A DNA stretch of 20,000 nucleotides, taken from IMG/VR virus record IMGVR_UViG_3300020474_000006, positions 55,194 to 75,193 of that record; one strand, written 5' to 3'. The notes under the pieces were generated by a model. The model ran no database searches, was not told the origin of the DNA, and worked only from the letters and a program-made list of their open reading frames with translations. Within the stretch, counting starts at the first letter, position 1. Every line of letters starts with the position of its first letter. Made by a program: the position numbers and the translations under genes. This DNA comes from an uncultured virus (IMG/VR IMGVR_UViG_3300020474_000006). Taxonomy: Duplodnaviria; Heunggongvirae; Uroviricota; Caudoviricetes; Kyanoviridae. Below are positions 1 to 9,000 of the stretch, one piece after another.

Positions 1-3000
1 AAGAACACTTCTTTCATCTTCATCAAGACTTTGTGCTTGAGAACCAGCCATATGTTTGAGTTGTAACGTATCACCTTTCTTAACCGTTTCGATTACATCT
101 CTAAAAATAACGTCACTATCACCATTTCCTTTATAGAAAATAATGGTAACAATATCACCAATCTTCAGTGCCTCAGTAAAGGTGAGTGTGCTTCCCCCGG
201 TAAATTCATATCCTACACCTGGTTCCTGTAAAATGTCATTTACAAAAATAATCAATACATCTTGAACATCGATTTTTGAACCTGGAGAAGAAACAATTGA
301 AGTAATTGCTCCGTTCAATTTAAGAGGGAAATCTTTTCTTGCTCCATCAATAAGGTCTTCAATATTATCAAGAACCTGTAAAGTTCCTACAGACCAACCT
401 GCAAACTTATCGTCTGCAATTTCATCGACAGTAACTTGGAACTCATTCCCAGAATAAGATGATGTAGTTGGTATTCCTGTTGTTCCTCCGATTGCAACTG
501 TTAATATAGCGCCATCTCTATAACCATATCCAGTATTATCAATTTGAAAATCAATAACGCTGGAACCGTTACCAACTACAACATCGATAGTTGCTTCAGT
601 TCCAACTCCAGCGGCGGAGGAAGAACTGTAGAATAAGCGCATATTTGAATATGCTGTGGGGTCATCAATAACAATATCAATCGGTTTTTTGACAGTTCCA
701 CATCTTGCATAGAAGTGCGTGCGAGTAGAAACACCCGTGTTTATTTCAAAATTAGTGCTATCAATAATTCTGAGAACACTTGATCCTTGTGATGCAGGAT
801 CAAATCCACTAGCGGAGTTGTTACTAACTCTTGGTGCAATAAGAGCAGGTTGTGCCACACCACCACTTTGATAGAATGTTGGAACAGTAGAAACTCCAAC
901 ATTTATAACAAATTCGGTAGTACTGGGAACAGAAGTTACTTTAGAACCACAATATGCAGGATCAGTTGTTCTTGGATAAACATGAGTAGAAGATCCACCG
1001 TCTAAACCACAAGTAAATGCCAATCCAGTAAGAATAACGTCACTTTTTTGTCCTGTAGTGGAAAGATTGTGAGCAGATGATGTAGTCACTGTCATGATAC
1101 CACTTATGTTGTCATAAATGGCATTACTTACATTAACAGGACCAGAACCACTATAATCGCATGTAAATGCAATTCCAGAAACAATAATCTCTTCGCCAAA
1201 AGATAATCCATGTGCAGTGGAAGTTGTAACAGTTGTCAATCCAGTTATGGAATTATATCCAACGTTTGATATGGAACGAGGTGCATAGAAAACTCTATCA
1301 GTTGTGATAGCTACTGAAGTTATGTTACCTGCAGAAATAGAAGCGATTCCAACTGGAATAACAGTAGATCCAGAGACATCTGGCAATCTTACTCCGACAG
1401 AAACATTTGTTTGTATTCCAGACCTATAACCAGAACCACTATTACCAATCGATACTGAAGTGATCGTACCAGCAGAAGATACAACTGCCGTGCCACCAGC
1501 AGCAACTAAAGGTTGATAACCAAATCCTTCAGTCGAACCAACAGAAACTATAATTCCACCTTTAGGGAAACTAGAAATTCCTACATCAGGTCCAAGAGGA
1601 GTTTGTGGAGAAGTGCCATTGAATGTTACAGAAGTAATTCCAGAATTCTCAGACAGAACATAATCTTTATCCGAAGAAGGAACTTGGAAAATATCATTAA
1701 TTAGAATAATTGCATTTTCATTAGTAATTCCCGTTATATTACTACTAGATTGTTCTAAAGTAAATTGATTAGTAGTCCCATTAAACTGGTCATTAATATT
1801 ATCGAAGATATAATTTTTATTGTAAGAATTATTAGATCCTCCAGTTATTCCCGACCTAATAAAACTTCTTCCTTGGAAAGTAGAACTTGTCGTAATTCCA
1901 ACGTAGTCTCTTTGATCTGGTGGATTAGTTGTGGAACCAATAGGAGTATTTCCAAAAGGTGCTTCTACAAAATTAAGAACATTATCCACAACATTATAGT
2001 TTCCTGTAATTTTAGTAACTAAAGCATGAGTTCCAGCAGCGGCAACTTTAGTTCCCAACCATCCTCTGCGGACTTTTATGAAATTAGTGCTGCCGATACC
2101 AACACCTTCAATCTTCATAATCTCACTACCAACTCTGATTAGATCAGATCCAAAGAATGATGTTATTCCACTAAATTTAACTATGTTTTCAAAGATTGAT
2201 GTATTAGTAGACAATCCTGTAGTTACTGAAGTAGCAACAATAGGAGATTGTATGAGGTTATCAATAGCAACCATAATCTTAGCATTCTGATTAGTTGCCA
2301 CAAATCTATGAGAAGTTCCAATACCAACACTTTCAAGTTCTACTATTTCAGGAACCTCTTTAAGTGCGTTTTCAGCACTAGCCGCAATCTTAATATTGTT
2401 ATCGTCAACCTTGACTGCAAAGATATTTTCTCCAGGTAAGAATGTTGTATTTGAAGCACCAACGAAAGATGTTGTAGCGATTCCAACAGCAGAGGAAGCA
2501 GTTCCAACGTGAACATATTCAATCTTCTCACCACTTACAAAGAAGTGATTTGGAATAGTAATGGTATTACTTGTTACATTAACAATTGAACTATCATTAC
2601 CAGTGAAGTATCTTTCAAAAATCTCATTATTTTCATGGGTTAGTCCAAATGCTCTCTTGATATCTGATTCGGTTCCTTCATAAGTTCCAAATTCTCCCCC
2701 AATAGAAGCGTTACTGAAAGTAATCGCAACTCCTAGGTTAGTGTCTTGATCAAGAGTAACTGCATTTTTAAATACAGTTACTTTCGTAGCAATACTTGCA
2801 TTTGGAGTAAACAGAAGAGAGACCGTACCAGTGCTATCAATACTAGTTCCAAATGTTCCTAATCCAACACCAGTTTCAACATTACCATACTCAGTGAAAT
2901 AGGTATCATATGAATTTGTCGCATCAAGATAGTCATCAACAACAACTAATTCCGAAATCTGATATCTACCATTAGTTGTATCAGCAACCTGTGCTATGAA

Positions 3001-6000
3001 GTATGCAGAATCGTAATCATTACCGTATTGGGAGACAGTTGTAACTCCAGGAGTTCCCGAGGCAGAAATACTGGTTGTCCTTCCATCAATTTCAGCAAAT
3101 TGCAATTTAGTTGTTCCAATTCCAGAAGTATTTTGAGACAATGCAACTTGAACGGTGTTCACTAAACATGTAGTAGCGATACCTACGCCAGGGTGGAAAT
3201 CAATTTCCAAATTGCTTCCTGATATTGCCGCAGAGTAAGTTCCGAGTCCTACACCACCAGAGAAAGAGTCAAATCCCCCAGTAGTCAGTTGACCAAATTC
3301 AAGTAACTCTACTGTAGTTCCATCATGAGTGACATTAAGTTCAACCATCTCAAATTTATCATTCTGTGTAGAATCTGGATTGATAGATACCAAAACTTTA
3401 GCAGAATTATATGTACTCGCTATCGATACAATCGTAGAACTAGAACCAGAAGTGACTTCAGTGTTAGAAGTGTCTACTAAAACACCGCTGCCAAAATAAG
3501 TAACCCCAGTTCCTACAGTTGCTATACCACTAATATTGTAAGATAATGTAGTTACATTGTAGTCATTAATGGTAGATTTAGTCGGATAGAATAGCAATTG
3601 ACCATCTGTTCCACTAACAGAGAAGTCAAAAGAACCTTGATCATATTGAGTTTCAATTCTTCCATATTGATTCATATATGCTTTTACGCCATCATGAACC
3701 AAATCCACAATAAGAAGTTGTCTTTCCTGAGTATATCTCTTATCTCTAACATAAGTAACATATTTTAATGCTCTTGCATCAGAGAGACTGAATGTGTTAA
3801 TAACACTAAACGGAGTTAATCTTGGTTCACTGTTAAATTCTCCACTAATATCATCAATAGAAAGAACCCTGTTTCCGACAGATTCAAAATAGTCCGTTAG
3901 GATTCTATTGGTAAATATCATTTCGTCGGATATTGTTCCCGAGTTAATATTATTTTCTGTCACCAAATCAAAGTCAGCAACACAATTTAAATTACCAAAT
4001 CCATTCAAATCATTTACTATATCTACAGATCCAAGTTCAGTAGACAGTCCAACTGACATTTGATTAGAATTTGTAGATTCTAACTGATAATCGGAGAATT
4101 TTTTATATCCTAAAGTGTGGTTGGTTGATGAAACAACATCATTCCAAGTATCATATGGGACTTCGGATTTAAGAGAATATGAGAATTTTTGATAATAAAA
4201 ATTGTCTTGAATTCTTTGAAGATTGTAGTTAAGTTCTCCAGAATCACTTTGCCATCCCCTAACAACTTTTGATGTTGCATCATATTCGAGATAAGTTTCA
4301 AATGAAGTTACAGAAGAAGCAATACTGACAACTCTAGATGATTTGCCAGTTATCTTTTCTCCAACTACGAAGTTGTCCTTGGAGGATACTCTAACGATAG
4401 ATGTGATAGGATTCCAATCTTCAACTACTCCAGTTGCAGATTCTGAGGTGACAGTTTCTCCTATAACGTAATTATTAAGAACTAAATCACTACTAAAGGT
4501 GGGGAAATGTTTTTGTGCCGTTATTCTTGCAGTGGAATTTACAGCATCAAATTGACCTGGGAATTGATCTTCTTCAAAAAGATTGGACATATTGAATCTA
4601 ACCGACCCAATTCCACCAAGATTAGGACTGACCTCAGTTAGTTCAAATAACTTATAAGCATATCCAGATGAATTGTAGTTTTGTCCTGTCGATCCAACTC
4701 CAACACTTACACTTTCAACTAGAACTTTATCGCCAACTGCAAATGGGAAACTATTTACCGTGCTAAATCCTACAGATAAAGTTACCAGTGCATCCTTAGT
4801 TGTAGGGAAATATTCAATTGTACTAATTCCTACTCCAGAATCAGTAAGTGTTGGAATAATTGTGGGACTTAAATTAGATAACCCATTTGTATTCTTTAAG
4901 ATTTTGACCTCAGAACTTCCAAGAGTCATCTTAAGATCTACATCAGTTACAGGTAACTTAGTCTTCCCATCGATTACAACTAGTTTTGGTGTTATGGAAA
5001 ACCCTCTCCCAAAAGAAGTTATACCAACGGATTGTAATGTTGCTAATGGTTCAATACGAATCGATTGTGGAAAAAGCAATCTGGGGTTCAAAGTACTATC
5101 AGAAGGAAGATTGAATCCAATATCTTCAATGGAAACAGATTTCAAACTACCAATAGTAGAACTTTGTGCTTCTAAAATTGCTCCATCACCAGAGACACTA
5201 TTAAGTGTAGAGATTCCTGGTAAAGCATAATAATTTTTACCTGGATTTATGATGTCAATTTTGGCGATTGAACCTTCAGTATGAGTACAATCTGTTTCAT
5301 AAAATATTTCAGATATAGTTGACGCATAAGATACGCTTTCTGGCAATTCGCTTAAATCATATAAGAAAGAAGTCGTAGACCCTACAATAAGTCTATGATT
5401 TCCATTATATCCACTGCTTACGATTTTTAATTCATTCCCAGAAATAACATCATCATCAGTCGTTATTTCAGATTTAATAGATGGTAGACTTGCATTATAG
5501 ACTAAATCAAGTTTGTAGAAAAGACTCTCTGGTAAATTAGAATTTACCCGTAAAATAGATTCTCCACCGGCAGAACCAACTTGACCGAAAGATGAATATT
5601 CAAATATTTTACTATCATCGGATTTATTCCAACGAATTTTGCAGTCTTTATCTTTATAAAGGTTTAATTCAAATGCCGGATAACTAGATCCCAATACGGA
5701 ATATCCAAGAGAAGAATCGGAAAGATTAAAAGTAACTGTAGAATCTTTATATAATGATATTGGTGGATTGATTGGATTAATATTACCACCAGTTAATCCA
5801 GTGCTGGCAATTCCAACTGTGACTGGAATGTCTTTAGTGGCATCATAGTAAGTATTAGATAACTTAAAATTATTATCATCTACTCTAGAAATATAATAAA
5901 TGTTTTCATTAATTAATCCGTCAGAAACATCACTACCAATTCCGACATTATAAATTATTTTTTCTCCACCCTTAAACTTATGATCTGGAATATTAATCAC

Positions 6001-9000
6001 TCCAGTTGATGTGTTAATTCCGGTAGAAGAAAATCCAAGAGGATTGAAAACAACATTTCTATTGTAATCATTATATTTTACGGTTATATTTTTGTTTGTT
6101 CTAGGATTGACAAATATATCTACTCTATGTTTTGCACTGATTCCATGTGCTTCTGTTGTGTTTACGGTGACAGTATTCTTCTTTATTTCTCCAGTTATTA
6201 CCGTATGATTAGTGGTAAAACTATGAGAATTACCGACACCAACACCTTTAAAGAACAGCGTTGAAGACCCTCTATGTGAGGCAGCAACCCCGACAAAAGT
6301 TCCAGTAGTCCCAAGACCAACCCTAACTGTTGCAATTCCAATAAGGTCATCATCTACTCTAGCAACAAATACTTTATCTCCACTAGCAAGAGTTGTTCCT
6401 AAACCAACATTAGTTTCATCTTGAACATAAAGACCTGTTCCACCATTCCCTGTAGAGTAAGTTAATTGATCTCCCGTTTTAAAACTATGATTTTTAAAAT
6501 AAAGAGTTTTGGTTGGGATAAATTTTTGAGTGATGCCTGCACCTGGATTTGCAAAGGAAAGTGTAGATCCAATACCAATTCCAGCAGTAGTTCCTAATCC
6601 AACTGTTTCAGATGGATCAAAGTAAACCTCTTCATTTCTTGTAAATTTGTATGTTGAAGTAATACCAGTATTAATATCAAGATTTCTAGAATCCTCAATA
6701 AGAAACTTACCAATACTGTGTCCGGCAGAGACAGTTCCACTAACTGATCTTAAAACTCTCAATCTAGAGTTTTCAAAGTCTACATTAAGTACCTTTACTT
6801 TCTCTGTTCCAATACCCAAAACATCATTCACCTTAGTATTAAGAATATCACCAGTTACACTAAAGTAAGTAACTAATCCAGTTACCCCTTCAGTTCCAAT
6901 TGCAACTGCGGTTGTTCCAACACCAGCAAGACGAAGTACGTTAGAAGAAATTCCTACTGAATATGTTCCCTCAATTCCACTGGCATTTGTGGAAAGTCCA
7001 GTAATTCTTATCACATCTAAGTTTTGGAACTCATGAGGATTATCGCAAACAACTTCATACTTTCCAGAAGATTTGGGATATATTTCTACCCCAGCAATAG
7101 AACTAGTTGCTACACTGATATTGGAAACTGGTTTACCTACTATCTTACTGATTCTAGCATAAGCACTATCTCCACTAGTTCTACTATTATTAAATACTAG
7201 AGTTTCGTTTACTTTATAATTACTTCCACCAGTTAAAATTCCAATAGAATCAATAGTTCCTGGAGAAGCAGCATTTATTTTTGCAGTTTGATTAAATTTA
7301 TTTGGAATAAACAGATATGGATACTCCTGGGTATCTTCAATTAAATTGAGTGGATTAGTATTTCTTCTTAAATCGCTTGTCTGAAAATTAAATTGATCTT
7401 GATTTGATGAAGGATCGAAATTAAATTTATCCGGAATGGAGTAATAATTTTCTCCAATAATATATGGAAAAACCGGTTTTTTGTATTTTTCAAATACTCC
7501 AGATGCTTCGGTCTGCAAATTATTGACCGTCATATAATATGCATAAGTTCCATTGGGATAATCTGGAGTTACTCCAAATCTTCCGTTATTTTCATCAAGG
7601 GTTGAAACATCAGTAGTTTTAGTATGAGTATAATCTTCAACAAAGAATCCTTCAGGATAAATTGAAAGGGGTGGTCTTCCTGATTTTAAATCAAGAGCAT
7701 ATCCAGATTTTAATTGAGTTACTGCACCGCCAGTTTGTGTAGTATATCCATATGGACCATATATTGGGTTACCATCATATGCAAATCCTAATATGGGGGA
7801 ATGCTGCTGAGAGTCCACTTCAATACTACTAACTTTACGAAGATCACTTTCTCCATATAAGACATTTCCTTCTGAGTTAACAGAATATGTACTTTCTCTT
7901 AAAACTCTGGGGGGATAAAGATGAAAATACTGGAGTTCATAATTTGAAGGTGATACTACACCGTCATCTTTAGTAAAGAATGGGGAATTTTTCTCAAAAA
8001 GATTTACTCTCCACTTTTTAAGATTAGAATAGAATGCTGGTTGATTTTCAGTTTCAGAGTTAGTTTCAATATTGATTATAGTATCCGATTCATCATATCC
8101 ACCACCAGGTTCTAAAACTCTAATTTCTGAAAGAGATTCATTTGCAATAATAGGAATTAAGACTGCACCAACACCAGAACCAACAATTCTAAGATCTGGT
8201 GTTGATTTATATCCAGTCCCAGAATTTAAAACTACAACTTGCGTAATCTTTCCATTACTAATGATTGGTTTTACTTGGGCATTTTTTCCACTACTAATCG
8301 TAATGGTTGGTTGACGATCGTAATTTAGTATTTCTGAAGATCCATAACCAACTCCCTCATTTTCAATATGAACTGAAGAAATTTGACCTCTAACTATTGG
8401 TTGAACATTTGCTTTAAAAGTTTCTGTTCCAATAGATGATATTCCAACTTCTCCAATCAAAGTTGCGGTAATATCTGGATAATTAAAAACATGTGTTCCC
8501 ACACCAACAGATTTAATATCTTCATACTGCTTAGTTCTATAATAAAACTCCTTATCTGAACTAACACCAACTGCGGAAAGTCTAAAAGAATCAGTATCCC
8601 TACTGGTTACATAATATTCAGTATTATTTGTAAGACCCTCTGCAACAGAACCTACTACAGTATATTTAATTTTTTCGCCATTTTGATAACCATGATTTTT
8701 AATCGTAATTACATTTGAGGAAGTATTGATTCCTGTTACATGTGTTGTTCTCTTCTTCGTTTCATAATCACTTCCCCCATTAACAATATTGACAGAAGAT
8801 ACAACAGATTTTTTATTTACACTTTGAAGTGCATGTTTGCCAATACCAAATCCAGTTAAATTTACTGTGTTTATACCAGATAAGGCATCTGCTTGAGTTG
8901 AGTGTAGTTTAACTGATACATTATCAGATACAGATACAAAGTACAATGCACTAGTATCCAAACCAACTACACATTCATCATCAAAAGTTCTGTATATTAC

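Noticed and set aside
1982..1990. Perfect DnaA box TTATCCACA
   Set aside because: Single copy inside gp7 coding sequence with no cluster or AT-rich tract, so it is plausibly chance.
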